A stretch of 64,000 bases of DNA from Asterias rubens (GCF_902459465.1 NC_047067.1:15252001-15316000); one strand, 5' to 3'. Numbered from the stretch's first letter, positions 26,615 to 39,508 are shown. Translations and numbers: made by a program. The notes: a model not told the origin generated them from the sequence alone.

Positions 26615-26993
26615 TTAAAGGCAGTGGACACTTTTACGCAAAATAGTTATAAGCATAAAACCTTACTTGGTAACGAGTAATGGGGAGAGGTTGATAGTAT
26701 AAAACATTGTGAGAAACGGCTCCCTCTGAAGCAAAGAAGTTTTCAAGAAAGAAGTAATTTTCCACGAATTTGATTTCGAGACCTCAGGGTTAGAGCTTGA
26801 TGTCTCGAAATCAAGCATCTGAAAGCACACAACTTCTTGTGACAATGGTGATTTTTCTTTCATAGTTATCTCGCAACTTCGACGACCAATTGAGCTCAAA
26901 TTTTCACAGGTTTGTTATTTTATGCATATGTTGAGATACACCAAGTGAGAAGACTGGTCTTTGACAATTACTAATAGTGTCCAGTGTCTTTAA
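26615..26993. mobile_element. Kolobok-like MITE family A copy
   Basis: TTAA-flanked TIRs. Confidence 0.9.
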
Positions 26994-27630
26994 CACATAA
27001 CTCGTTCACATGTGTGAAATGTATTGGTCCATCATTGCATTTCTGGAGTAATTTCACAGTTTTGCCAGGATCAGTAGCTATAAGGTGTTTTAAAATCCTT
27101 TTTGTCAAATTAAGTTTGGACTTGTATAGTTATCTACATCGGGCGAAACTTTTAATTAGCTTAGCTCTGTCATGACAAAACCTTATCTGCTCCAAACATT
27201 CAGAATACGCCTTTTAAATACTATTTACATGTATATTTTGAAGGATAACTTTTCAAGGGTTGTGGGGTTATCTAACAGAAATCTTATAGAACGTTATAAT
27301 TTTAAAATGGAATGCTAGAGAGTACAATAAGATGGTTTCTTCATCAAATATTGTAATTATAATTTTCGATTTCTTTGGTATTTTAAAAAGAAACGCAAGT
27401 CATTTTTTGAAGATAACAGAACCACAATACAGTATTTTTTCTGGAATCTTAAAGGGCCATATCTCGTTTATCTTATAGTTTGCTGTAATTTTAACTAGGA
27501 AGTGCCAGGTAAAATTATAAATTCAGAAACTTTGGGTTTTTCTGAGTGACCACCAAGCACTTTGTTATGTTGCCATTAAATCTTTTGTAAAAGGATTTAC
27601 TGTGTCACATCTGTTTGCAGTTTTGTACTC

Positions 27631-28017
27631 TTAAAGACAGTGGACACTACTGGTAGTTGTCAAAGACCAGTCTCCTCACTTGCTGTATCTCAACATATGC
27701 ATAAAATAACAAACCTGTGAAAATTTTAGCTCAATTGGTCGTCGAAGTTGCGAGATAATGAATGAAATAAAAAACACCCTTGTCACACCAAGTTGTGTGC
27801 TTTCAAATGCTCGAATTCGAGACCTCAAATTCTAAACTTGAGGTCTCTAAATCAAATTCGTGGAAAATAACTTCTTTCTCGAAAACTACGTCACTTCAGA
27901 GGGAGCTGTTTCTCACAATATTTTACCCTTTCAACCTCTCCCCATTACTCAATACTAAGTGAGGTTTTGCGCTAAAAATTATTTTGAGTAATTACCAAAA
28001 GTGTCCACTGCCTTTAA
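27631..28017. mobile_element. Kolobok-like MITE family A copy
   Basis: TTAA-flanked TIRs. Confidence 0.9.
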
Positions 28018-28330
28018 ATGAAAATAGTTAATATTGTGTACTCTTAAAAAAGTACCCTGACATTTAGCAAAACATTCAAATGCCAACCATCTAGCCCCAA
28101 CAATTTCTCTTCTTCTTCTTGACTTATTTGGATTTTATGGGTTTAAAATAAAAGCCATTGTAATCCAAGAGGAGATATTTGCGTATACTTTGAAGCCCAC
28201 GAATGAAGTGTGTTGAGGCCTATACATGAACATGTCTCAAGCTTCTCTGTTTACATGAATCTTTACTTGTTAATCGCCACCTTTGGTGAAAAAAAGAAAC
28301 CCCCAAATTGCCTCGATTGTGATTGGCTTT

Positions 28331-28623
28331 TCACCACAAAGGTCTATCAGTCCCAAGTGGCCGGAATTTAATTTGATACTTTTGGCCCGGAGCTCGGATC
28401 AGACCATTAAGCTCGTCGGCCTCTTGACGGTGATTTTGGTTTCCTAAGCTGCCTGAGGTTGGCATGTTTTCGTGTACCACCGTAGCTTTGAATAATGATG
28501 GGAATAAAAGAAACTTCAACTCGGGGGAAATTGAGCCGAGTACAAAACTAGTGACGAGGTAATCAAGGTGATCAACCAAGTCAGTCCCCAGGCTTACAAT
28601 TTGTCGCGCTTTGTAACAAGAAC
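28331..28623 (-). CDS. Candidate exon (about 96 open codons) of unknown product
   Basis: Strong acceptor ttttgtcctcctctttacag|G in phase 1 followed by an open frame GSCYKARQIVSLGTDLVDHLDY...RPLW*. The 3' boundary is ambiguous (donor at 28335, an internal GTAAGC, or the stop). Confidence 0.4.
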
Positions 28624-29444
28624 CTGTAAAGAGGAGGACAAAATACAAATCAAAACCCCATCTTCTGTCAGCATTACTATGGGCTTCTTAACGCAGAAAT
28701 GATAAACAAGTGCTGGATAAATCGCTTAAAGACAGTTTTCAGTCTTCATGAATAGTCGCTTAAAAGGGTGAAAGAGCTTATTGCGACTTATACAGCCAGC
28801 TAATACGCAAAAGCTTGACATGTATAGACAATAGTGTGTAAGGTAATCATTGTGATTGATATAGACTGTTGTTTGCTTTATACGCTTCAAACCGAATGGG
28901 AAATAGTTATAATATAATTATTACTAGGCCGGTTGAAGCTTTGCAAACAACTTATTGCGTAACTTTAAAAAACGGTTTCCATTTACGGATGTTTGCGCAA
29001 TAATTATATACAAGTTGAACAGTAAAATAAATTCTAATACTGCAAAGATATGAACAGTTACACACTAAAAACTCCCGGATCAGACAAAAATCCCAGATTC
29101 TTAGTCCCTATATTACACATTTCCCGCGGTTCGTAGTATAGCGGGAAATAATTGTCTTATAGGAATTCGAGTAATGCATTGTGCATATCAGGTGGGCATT
29201 ATGTAACAAAGGGTATTGTAGTCAGTCTAGCAAGCACTTTCACAGCGTACTTCTCGTTAAGTTTAATTACTATGGAATAAGTAAGGTAATTTATTTAAAT
29301 TTAATTTTGGCAGCCAAGGTGAGGTCCAACACCTTCACGGAGGGGGACTCCGAATGTCTTTGGGCACAGGTTTCCAGAGTAAATTCTCTGGTTTTTCCTG
29401 GAAGTCGTGTTCCCCCAATGATGTGTTTTTTAGTGCACAGTGCA

Positions 29445-29515
29445 GAGTGCAAGGTGCAGGGTGCAAAATGTGCAGAGGGCAAAATGTGCAGAGTGCAAAG
29501 TGCAAAGTGCAAAGA
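29445..29515. repeat. Degenerate 7-bp repeat (GTGCAAA/GTGCAGA)n
   Basis: Directly visible; explains ORFs 29181-29542. Confidence 0.85.
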
Positions 29516-30431
29516 AGGTACAATGTCAGCTTAATGGTATGACGTAAAGTTAATATAATATTATAATACTTATGTTTTCTTATATAATAAAAGAGTAGGC
29601 GTCGCTCGCCTTGTGCTTCGCTAACGCCACAACTGTGTATGGGGAAGAGTTATTATTGTGTATTATGCAGTGAAGTGTAGATAAGACGGGCCATTTCTGG
29701 TTGTGCTTAACCGGAAATTGAAGTAAAACGAATTGGGGAGAATGCATGACTCGGATTGTCCGTCAGTTTGACATAAATTCGGGTCAGATTGCTGCATGTG
29801 ATAAAGGCCTATAATAGAAACGATTCGTTAACAACTGACAGTTTGTCTCACTGTTTTTGAAATTACCAGATTTCAAATAAATTGAACAATGATATATCTA
29901 AACATGAAATATCAGTTTAAACCATGTTGTAGTAGTAATGTTTTCTGTGATATTTGTGTCAGTCATTGTACTTTTTGTGGTTATTTTGACTGCAAAACGG
30001 GCATAGATCAAGTCCACGTCTGATGAGAGAGAGAGGGGTCTGACCTGAAGAACATTTCCCTGGGGCCGAAGGTACTATAGACAAAATGAAGTTTGGTGCT
30101 TGCCCTTTTGAAATGAAAACATATTTTGCGACCGTGGCGTTCACATTTTGATATTAAATTGTATCTTGCAAAATATGTTGGATAGAAGGGGAAAACAAGC
30201 GTATCCGAACCGATATTTTGTCATTTGAAGTTGATAAAATGGCACATTCAATTCAAAATTCAAACGCACATTTCCATACTTCATTAAAAATAGCTAAAAT
30301 GCCTTAACAATAATTTATGAAGAAGTGACCAATAAATAAGCTCTTTTACACGGCAGAAAGTGGATTGATAAAGTATGGACGCATCATCTAGAAGCCGAGG
30401 CTTGAGGTGAGATGTCTGATGAACAGACACG

Positions 30432-30815
30432 GCACTGGACGCTATTGGTCATTACTCAAAAAAATAGTAAGCATACAAACTTACTTGGTAACAAGCAATT
30501 GAGAGATGTTGATATAGTATAAAACACTGTGAGTATAAACGGCTTCCTCTGAAGTAGCGTAGCTTTCAGAAAGAAGTAATTTTCCACTAAAAATTGTTTA
30601 ATTTGATTTCGAAACCTCAGAGTTAGATTTTGAGGTCCCGAAATCAAGAACATGAAAGCACACAACTTCGTGTGACAATGGTGTTTTTTCTTCCACTATT
30701 ATCTCGCAACTTCGACGATCAGTTGAGTTCAAATTTTTACAGGTTTGTTATTTTGTGCATAATGTTGAGATGCACCAAGTGAGAACTTTGACAATTACCA
30801 AATGTGTCCAGTGTC
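30432..30815. mobile_element. Family A copy (diverged)
   Basis: Both TIRs recognisable, family internal sequence. Confidence 0.8.
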
Positions 30816-31836
30816 AAGAACACGATCGAACGAACAGATTAGAACAAAGACATTGAAAAGGCGTCAATTGGAAATGCCGACATAAAGCATACTGAAGTTT
30901 GCAATGGAATTCCCTCGCATAATGTGACAACTGTGATAACTTCAATGGCCCACAGAACACAAGCGCAACCGAAGTGTTTACATTGTCAAAGCAGCGTCCA
31001 TAATAGTGCAAACCTTACGTGCATTAATATCGGGAATTATATATAAGACCCAGAGTTGTATAACATGTAAATAAAATATGCGACTGTGTGTTTGGGATGG
31101 TTCCGCTACTCATTTCTTACATTATTAATGTTGATGAGAATATTTTTGTCTACTTGAAAGTTGCGTTACCGAACATTATTCTGATAGATTATAAATACTG
31201 AAATGTTGCTCTCAACATGAAGAGACATTAACTATAAAGTTGAAGTTTAAAGGCAGTGGACACTATTGGTAATTGTCGAGACCCAGATCCGCTAGTTATA
31301 TTGAGTTTGATTTTAGAGTACATGAATGAGACTGGATGAATGTGAAATTTCCTTGAAAAGGCTTTCAGGTCTGCCCTCCCCACCCCCACCCCTCGCTATT
31401 TACGAACAGAATCTGTCGATGTTACATTATTTAGCAGGTTTGCAGAATATGTGCATCCCATGAAATAAAGACACAGGTTTGAATAGAATATATTTATTTG
31501 ATTACTTCTCTCCTTTTGGTGATATGTTTATGCCTTTTGTTCCTAGAAAATTTGAATACTTTTTTTAAAAGCTGACAAATGGGAATCCTGTGAAATGTTA
31601 TGTATTAAAAAGGCAAGCTTTGGAAAACATGTTACGCGTCCTGTGCAGGGGGAGGACGGAGTAAGGGAAAACACCGAAGAAAGACCGGGGGCTGGACGGG
31701 AGGGAGTAAGGGAGTGTTTAAGTGGGGGATAGGTGAGACCGCGTGGGATGTTTCATTGCTACGGTTTGGATAGGGATTGATATATGGAACTGTTTTTGTT
31801 AAGGAGAAGAACGGATTGTGGATTGACATTCCTACA

Positions 31837-32190
31837 TTAAAGTTACAGGACACATTTGGTAACTGTCAAAGACCAATATTCTCACTTAGTGTATCCCAAC
31901 ATAAAATTATGCATAAAATAACGAATCAGTGGAAAGTTTGATTCAATTGTTCATCGAGATTGCAAGAGAATAATGACAGAAAAAAACGCCATCGTTGAGC
32001 AACTTTGTGTGCTTTCAGATGCCAAATAAAAGGTTTCAGACATGAAGTCTTTTAATATTTTAGTGAGAAATTACCTCTTTCTCAAAAACTACCTTACTTC
32101 TGAGTGAGCCGTTCCTAACAATGTTTTATACTATCATTAGCTCTCATTGCTCATTACCAAGTAAGTTTTTATGCTAAATCCAAAAGTGTC
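31837..32190. mobile_element. Family A variant, right TIR interrupted by a family B element
   Basis: TTAAAGTTACAGGACAC left end; ends at GTGTC where family B begins. Confidence 0.8.
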
Positions 32191-32431
32191 CGGGGTGGAT
32201 TTCAACAAAGAGTTAGAACTAGTCTTATCTCGAGTTAGGATGAGTTACTCGTCATAACTTAGGACTAGCCATACATTTATTTATATCTCCTAGGACTAGT
32301 CCTAATCTAGGACTAGTCCTAACTGTTTGTGAAATCGACCTTACAATGTATGGCTAGTCCTAAGTTAGGGCAAGTTACTCATCCTATCTCGAGATAAGAC
32401 TAGTCCTAACTCTTTTTTAAATCCACCCCGG
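32190..32431. mobile_element. Palindromic MITE family B (possibly Harbinger-like); relatives at 37716-37872 and 47811-47930
   Basis: TIR CCGGGGTGGATTT...AAATCCACCCCGG with long inverted arms rich in TAGGACTAGTCCTA and TCTCGAG. Confidence 0.85.
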
Positions 32432-32857
32432 TACTTTTGGATTTAACTTCTTCCTTAGCGTTTAATTGAACTAGCTCACCGAAAATGAACCGACCCACGT
32501 CGCAAGAATTAAAAAAAAAATAAACCAACTAAAAATAAATAACAAGCACCGAGATGTTATTTCCTGTACCAGGATGTTCCTCACAGCAGAGGGAACCATT
32601 TAATTTTTTTTTTAATGCAACCTATAATGATAATGGTATTCCGAGACTCCTATAAAACTATTAAAATTTACTACATTGTCTACCGTACTCACAATAAATT
32701 TGAACCGCCCCCGTTTTGATGCTCTTTAGTTATTGGTAAAAATAAGTTTTGCAACCGTTTGGGAAAAAATAATTTAATCTTACAACTCAATTTTGCTTTT
32801 TCAATATTACGCAAGTTGAGAAAATCAATGTTTATTTTTTAAACAAATGGAGTTTAC

Positions 32858-34685
32858 TCTCGTTTCCTCCGACGCCGTAAAACCTTCATCAAAGTTTCTA
32901 AAATCCCAGCGGTATATGCTGATTAATAAATAAATAAAAATCACTCTTGTAAAATCAATCTGATTTAATTCCACTGTCCAAATATGTTTTCCTCAATTAA
33001 CGACGCCGCGATTTTGATTAAAACTGATAATGGCTTCAGTGTAAAACTGGACACGAAATGGGTGTTTAGCAATCACACAATATTGTGATAATATTTTCTG
33101 GCTTAATAATAAAATATAGTATGAATTTGTAGGGTAAATTTGGAGCAAACATACAACTTGTTATTTATTCTACGTGTAAAAACAGTCGTTATTTCTCGTG
33201 GGGTGGAACAAATTCTCTTGACGATGGCTATACTAATTGTTGGTAGCCACCATCTTCCTTCCAATATTTATTTTAACATTTTATTTCCAATCAATAAGTT
33301 ATACATACAGGGATAAATACAGAATTGAAAGTGATTAAGTGGTGGGGTGTCCAAAAAGCAGAGATTTTAGTAGAGACCCCATGACGTGTGTAGCTACAAC
33401 AAGTATTAATTACATACAGCATTTGAGATTGCATTTACACACTAAATGAAAATAACTATAAGTTACACAAACAACGAGGCTAGGGGACATAAGATATGAA
33501 TGTTTGCCTATACTGCACAGCAGTAAAACAAAATTGGTCAAGAAGAGCAATCGGCAGAGGGGTTGTAACAAATATTTGATTATTATAAAGTTTGTTTGCA
33601 ATTAATTCTGACCAGGTTTCGTCAACAATTACAAATTGGGCTCCGTGCATAAGGTCACAACGTTGAAACGACATCCAGATTAAATCACCAGACCAAGAGG
33701 AATCGAGATATTTGAAAACATAATTTGCTTTGACAAGAAAACTTTTTAGTTGGTTTACACAATGAATTATACTTCAATAGCCAATGCTTTTAATAGCCTA
33801 CGTTTTAATTGATCATGTGTGGAAGTAGTGAATTGGAATGAGCACGATGTGACATACGCCATACAGTGCGGGATGTATCGGATGGTATGGAGAGAGGATG
33901 AGGCAGGTCATCATAAACAGTGAAAACAAAACTGGGGAAAAAACACACGAAAAACACAAAAACACAAACAAACAAACAAACAAACAAACAAACAAACAAA
34001 CACCACACCAATCAAACAAAACCAGCACCACAACACCAAACAAACTTTCTCAACATTACAGGGTGGTAACGTAATCGTTTGTTTCCTGTATTGCATCAAT
34101 CAAAAATGAGACGACAGGGTGCCATGCAGCTGCAGGCTTCTTCGTGCGCATAAAACAACTATTATTGAGCTTGCATTTTAGATGGTGGAACTATTTCTTT
34201 CTTTCTTCGGTTGTTGTTATCGTCGTGTTCTATTCAAATAAATCAACGGAACCTGCCAAAGTGACAGAGAAACATTGTCCAATAATGTAATGTAATAAAT
34301 ATTTAATTACTGTCATGGGCCTTCAGGACCTGTGGATGGGCAATTGCTGCTTCATGCATTATTCAGGTATTGGAAGTAACGGGCACAGTTTGTATTCGAT
34401 ATAATTGGAATATAACTCACATGTGAATATTATAGTACACGAACACACGACAACATTTGAGCCAAACAACTTTAGATTCAGCTTACTTTATCCACTATGC
34501 CTATTGAAACCTTAAAGGATTTTTGATACCTTTTGTAGAAACAGTTTTGGCCATGAAATGATCGAATGGATCCCTATCTAACTGAGAATGGCTTCCATCA
34601 TTATTTGCAAACCAAGTTTCAAAGTAAATTTGTGGACGTTGTGTTTTGTGTGGTATGAAAAAGACCCAAACCCCTTTAACAAAAC
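32858..34685 (-). CDS. Chain of candidate exons of unknown product: 34685-34530, 34129-34060, 33931-33858, 33727-33514, 32918-32858
   Basis: Hand-built chain with phases 1-1, 1-2, 2-1, 1-2 and 2-0, all open: GFVKGVWVFFIPHKTQRPQIYFETWFANNDGSHSQLDRDPFDHFMAKTVSTK / AWHPVVSFLIDAIQETNDYVTT / FVFTVYDDLPHPLSIPSDTSRTVW / NYVFKYLDSSWSGDLIWMSFQRCD...FCFTAV / IYRWDFRNFDEGFTASEETR. No family recognised, and some acceptors are weak. Confidence 0.4.
33963..34001. repeat. (AAAC)n microsatellite
   Basis: Directly visible. Confidence 0.95.
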
Positions 34686-35939
34686 CTGAGACTCAACAAC
34701 GAAAATGTGACGTAGGCAGAGACTTGCCCAATCAGATGGCAGTGGACAGGAGGCGATTGAGGATGCGTCTTGACAAGATTTGTGAAATACCTTTGCAATG
34801 AAGTTTGTTTCATTGTTTTTGACTCATTCATTGCATTATTGTAATTCTTGAAGATTTGACTCTATGATATTTTATATTAAACAATGTAAACACATACGTT
34901 TTATTACAATGACCCTTCTGCCCGATTGTCTCTGTTTTTTCCCCCACCAATTTGTTCCCTGTCTGTTCACCCAAATTGGTATAAGTATGCGCTGGATGGT
35001 TCGAGATTGGCCCTAAATTCACTGTTCGTGGTCTTCAAGATAAATTGGACTATTTAAGTGTAGTGTGGCACAGGACAATGAATTTTCGATCTGGATGATC
35101 AATTATTGTTAAACAATAATTTACAGTCCACAATTGTTTTGGTCACAGGGTTTAAAAAACAAGTTTTTCAAATTGAACGTTTAGGCAGAAGACAGTTAGT
35201 AGGATTTTAAACTTGCATGGTGGACGATGATCAGAGCTACTGATAGAAACGTTGAGTTGAAACCTATGATTCTTTTCAAAACCACCCCAACTCAACCCAC
35301 CCAAACCTTTACTATATTAAAAGAGAATGATTGGGCCTACTTTATGCCAAACTAACCCTAACCCTGGGAAAACAGCAAACACAACGGTAATATAAAAGGG
35401 TACAACACGGAAGTGGGAATGTGTTAGAAGCTTTAGAGAGTCAGCAGGTAATTATGGGAGGGTCCCAAGTGTGTCATCACTTATTTTATGGGAATTAGAC
35501 ACTGTCGGTAATTATTCGAAAAATTTGGCAGAAAAACTTACTTGAATTGAATTGAATTGAATTGAATTGTTTATTCGTCAAGTATATAAAAATACATGAA
35601 ATTTTAAATCCTTTTGTACGGCAACACATAAAATATTGAAATGCAAAAATTTCACAAGTTAAACCACAATACCACAGAAAACAATAACCTGAATAAATAA
35701 AATAAAAATATAAAACTCATTAAAATTTATATTTTTATTTTATTTATTAAGGTTATTGTTTTACTTGGTAACAAGCAATGGAGAGCTGTTGATAGTATAG
35801 AACATTGCTGTTGATAAAATTTAGGTTTAATCAGCTATTCAAATGCTGGCTAATCTTGTTATATCAAAACAGTCAAGCGGAAAAACAGTTAATATTTCGT
35901 AACCACAAAAACAAAATATCTTGATAGTATAATGCAATC

Positions 35940-36317
35940 TTAAAGGGAAGGTACACTATTGATAATTGTCAAGACCAGTGTTTTCACTTGGTGTATCTCA
36001 AAACTTGCATAAAATAACAAACATGTGAAAATTTGAGCTCAATTGGTCATCGGAGTTGGAAGAAAATGATGAAAGAATAAACACCCTTGTTGGACAAATT
36101 TGTGTGCTTTCAGATAGGAGTAAAAGACTTCTAGCTAGAAGTATTTTATTATTTTAGTGAGAAATTACCCCTATTTCAAAATCATTCTTTGCTACTTCGG
36201 AGGGAGCTGTTTCTCACAAAGTTTTATACTATCAACAGCTCTCCAATGCTCGTTACCAAGTCAGTTTTTAAGTTATATTTGTTTTGACTGATTACCAAAC
36301 ATGTAGCTTCCCTTTAA
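35940..36317. mobile_element. Family A variant (AGGGAAGGTACAC ends)
   Basis: TTAA-AGGGAAGGTACAC...TGTAGCTTCCCT-TTAA. Confidence 0.82.
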
Positions 36318-36427
36318 CATATGAATCGGTGGTCTAGCTCGGTTTCTATGGCACATTCTCTAGAATGACAAAGGTCATTGGTTCGAATCTAACCCCAGGG
36401 TATATACTGCCTAAAGGTTGCTAATTA

Positions 36428-36783
36428 ATTAAAATAATTGTTAGCATACAACTTATTTAGTAACGAGCATTGGAGAGCTGTTGATACTATAAAACATTCT
36501 GAAAAACGACTCCATCTGAAGTTACGTAGTTTTTGAGAAAGAAGTAATTTACCACTAAAATATTTGAATTTGATTTCAAGACATCATTATTATATTTTGA
36601 GGTCCCGAAATCAAGCATCTGAAAGCACACAACTTTGTGTGACAATGGTATTTTTTCTTCCATTATTATCTGGCAACGTCGACGACCAATTGAGTTCAAA
36701 TTTTCTCATGTTTGATATTTCATGCATACAATATTGGGATACACCAAGTGAAAAGACTGGTCTTTGACAATTAGTGCCTTTAA
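36428..36783. mobile_element. Family A copy (diverged)
   Basis: Family internal sequence, right end GTGCCTTTAA. Confidence 0.78.
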
Positions 36784-37569
36784 CACATCGATTTGAAAAA
36801 AATCAAGATATATTTTGTATACATCCACGGTGCAAAATAAGTATATGTTATATATTTTGTAGCTACATGCCTGTAGTTTTGATTTGCAGTGAAACCATCT
36901 GTGTCTCTAGTCTTGACAAATAAAGGTAATTGGATCGAAGCGTTTTATTTGAGCATATACCCAATTGGTGGTAAGGCGAGAACTGCAAAATAGGAAAACG
37001 AAAACAACAAGTCGACGTTTTAAACACTTACTTAAAACCGGATAAAACGTTCAAGAACTAGCACAAAACCAAACACCATGGGCGAAGCTAAGGCTCTGGT
37101 ACCATTTTTAGGGGAAAGAGGTGTGCCATTTCTTAGGGGGCATTTATGACCAATAACAAATGTAGATCTACTTTCCCTTTGACCCTTTTTAAAATAATCC
37201 CGTTTCCATAGCTGTGTTATGCCGTGTACAAGAAATCGTAAGATAAAACTGCTAGGGGGTAAAATCAAAATCAATGTATGGGCCTATAAAAGTTCAACAA
37301 TTCTCAAAACATTGTGCAATATTTTATTCTGATGAATTTTAATTTCAAAGGGATCACACCCCACCCCTCCCTCCAACCCCAATCGAATCGGTATCAAGTA
37401 GTCTCTTCCCTAGCAAATTACAAAAACGACTCCCTTTACATAAGCAATAGGCCTATACGAAACAGATAATGTTTAGCAGAGCGACGCTCTCCCGGGTGTT
37501 GTATATGATCGCTTTTCTTTAATCTTTCCTGTTAACAACTTTCCAAAGTCAAACACCCAACAACTACAA

Positions 37570-37587
37570 CATCATCATCATCATCAT
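37570..37587. repeat. (CAT)6 microsatellite
   Basis: Directly visible. Confidence 0.9.
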
Positions 37588-38381
37588 CCTCTTGATCCAC
37601 CAGGGGGGACGTAGAGCCGCCCAACCCATGCGCTCTGCTGCTGACTGCCACAGCTGCCCGGCCCGGGACTCAAAGTAGAAACAAGTACAACCCGGTCCAA
37701 AAAATCACCCCACAATGTCGATTTCACAAAGGACTCATCTTATCTCGAGTTAGGACGAGTAACTCGTCCTAAACTAGGATTAATCTTAAGGTCTGCATGC
37801 AACAGTGCAGAGTCGGGACTCATCCTAAGTCCTAAGATTAATCCGAAGTTAGGAAGAGTTATGTGAAATCGACAGCAGGTCATCGTTTATTATATATAAC
37901 AGATCTACGTTATTTATTTCGACACTAGATGTTTGCAAATTCATTTAGATGATCCGTGCGTGTTTCAAATATATAGCTGTGAGAACAATGTCACCCCACA
38001 GAGTAATTTACAAACAGTTTAAACTGGCCATAAACAACCGTTTTACTTGATGACTGTCTAACAGAACAAAATCACTCAGTCTGAGACACGAACTGGCAAT
38101 ATGTGATGTGAAGTTGTAGCTCTTTCATACATGGATAAATAAAAAATGAATATGGAGAAGTGAGCTTAAACAGTTTTTATAAAAGATTACTGCAGTATGC
38201 CTGATGCAAAATCAACATCTACCACATAGTTATTCAGTGCCGTGAATGGTGTTTAAAAACACTGTTTAAATAAGTTGTTATCTTGTTATAACCGAATTCA
38301 AACTAGATGACTTGAAAAGAAAAGCTGCACTAACACTTGAAGGGTATTGTTACTTCTTTATTTTATTTTATTTTGTGGATA

Positions 38382-38503
38382 ACTTTCCGTATGGCGCCAC
38401 CACTTTTTCACTCATTTTTACAAAAAGGGATATATCAATCAGGTAAATTAGATACTATATTATTTTATTTCGAATGAAAAAGTGGTGGCGCCATACGGAA
38501 ACT
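38382..38503. mobile_element. Small MITE (TTTCCGTATGGCGCCACCACTTTTTCA TIR); second copy 39077-39190
   Basis: About 27-bp perfect inverted ends; a diverged second copy lies immediately downstream of the 39208 donor. Confidence 0.8.
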
Positions 38504-38728
38504 TTTCCTATTTTGTATATAAGTGGTTTATTTTGCATTAACTCTTTTTACACAGATGTCAACGATCTTATTACAATGCGACCACAACATTATTAACTGT
38601 GTAATGTTTTCCAACCATCTTTGGGATCATAGTTGGCCAAAGTGAACATAATAAAATGCAAACGCAGGCACAAACTCCGTGCTTAGGTTATTATTATTTT
38701 TTAATTTTAACATGGGACAAAAACTCAC

Positions 38729-38794
38729 CGGTACAGCATTCAACCCTATCCACAAGAAAATAGCCGAGGTAAGGTGGCCGGCACACACGCGCCT
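38729..38794 (-). CDS. Candidate exon 2 of the 39508 gene (EARVCRPPYLGYFLVDRVECCT)
   Basis: Pyrimidine-rich acceptor gtctgtcttccag, donor CCG|GTGAGT, 66 nt, phase 1-1, open frame, compatible with the 39208 donor. Confidence 0.5.
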
Positions 38795-39207
38795 CTGGAA
38801 GACAGACCACGAGAGTGTGTGCCCCAAGTGGGTTTATACTGTGAATAGGATTTAATTACGTAATAAAACATTCCAACTTAAACTATGCGCGCAAGATTGA
38901 GTATCATTGAACTAAATACCATACAATTCATTACAATGCTGAACATTTCGAGCACAAAGGGGTAGTTTATGGGAGGAGTTTTGAAAAGCTTCTAAAAGTT
39001 CGGATCCATTAGGCCATTTTTCGGATACAAATGTTTTGTTTCTACAAGGGTTTTGGTTCAATAAATTGATTAAAGGGAAACTTTCCGTACCCTGCCACCA
39101 CTTTTTCACTCATTTTTACAAAATGGGAATTGTATCATTCAGGTAAAATAACGCATGAAAACGAGGTGGCATGATACGGAAACGTTTTTCCGGATTGAAA
39201 TACTCAC

Positions 39208-39508
39208 CTCTGATTAAATTAAAAAGTATCTTTGATGAGACTCCGTCCCTTTTGTCATCTTCTTCTTCCGCGGACCAGGAGTAGAGGGCTTCTTGGGGCT
39301 CATCCCCCGGGGAAGGGTAGCGGCCCCGGTCCGCTGGGGCTGGCCCGTCCATCTCCTCATTCTGCGGGCGTTGCCAAATTACCTTGCTCCGCATCCAGCT
39401 ATCCCCTGGCCGTCCAAACCAAATACCTTGAACACCGCTGCAGATGCATAAAACTAGACACAAATACGCTAGTGAAAGCGCACATGGTTTTGTCGTAAAA
39501 TTTCTCAT
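39208..39508 (-). CDS. First coding exon of a secreted protein: signal peptide + acidic, KR-containing pro-region
   Basis: ATG followed by MRNFTTKPCALSLAYLCLVLCICSGVQG (basic N-region, hydrophobic core, VQG cleavage-like site), then ...SAEEEDDKRDGVSSKILFNLIR. It is GC-rich against AT-rich flanks and ends at a consensus phase-1 donor AG|GTGAGT at 39208. The rest of the listed 130-aa ORF runs into a MITE, which supports the exon ending there. Confidence 0.72.

Noticed and set aside
33805-34099. Hydrophobic FVCL-repeat ORFs
   Set aside because: Translations of the (GTTT)n microsatellite.
37032-39109. ORFs 37032-37274 and 38912-39109 with plausible acceptors
   Set aside because: They are open only as phase-2 entries, and no phase-2 donor was found upstream. 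Unsupported without RNA data.
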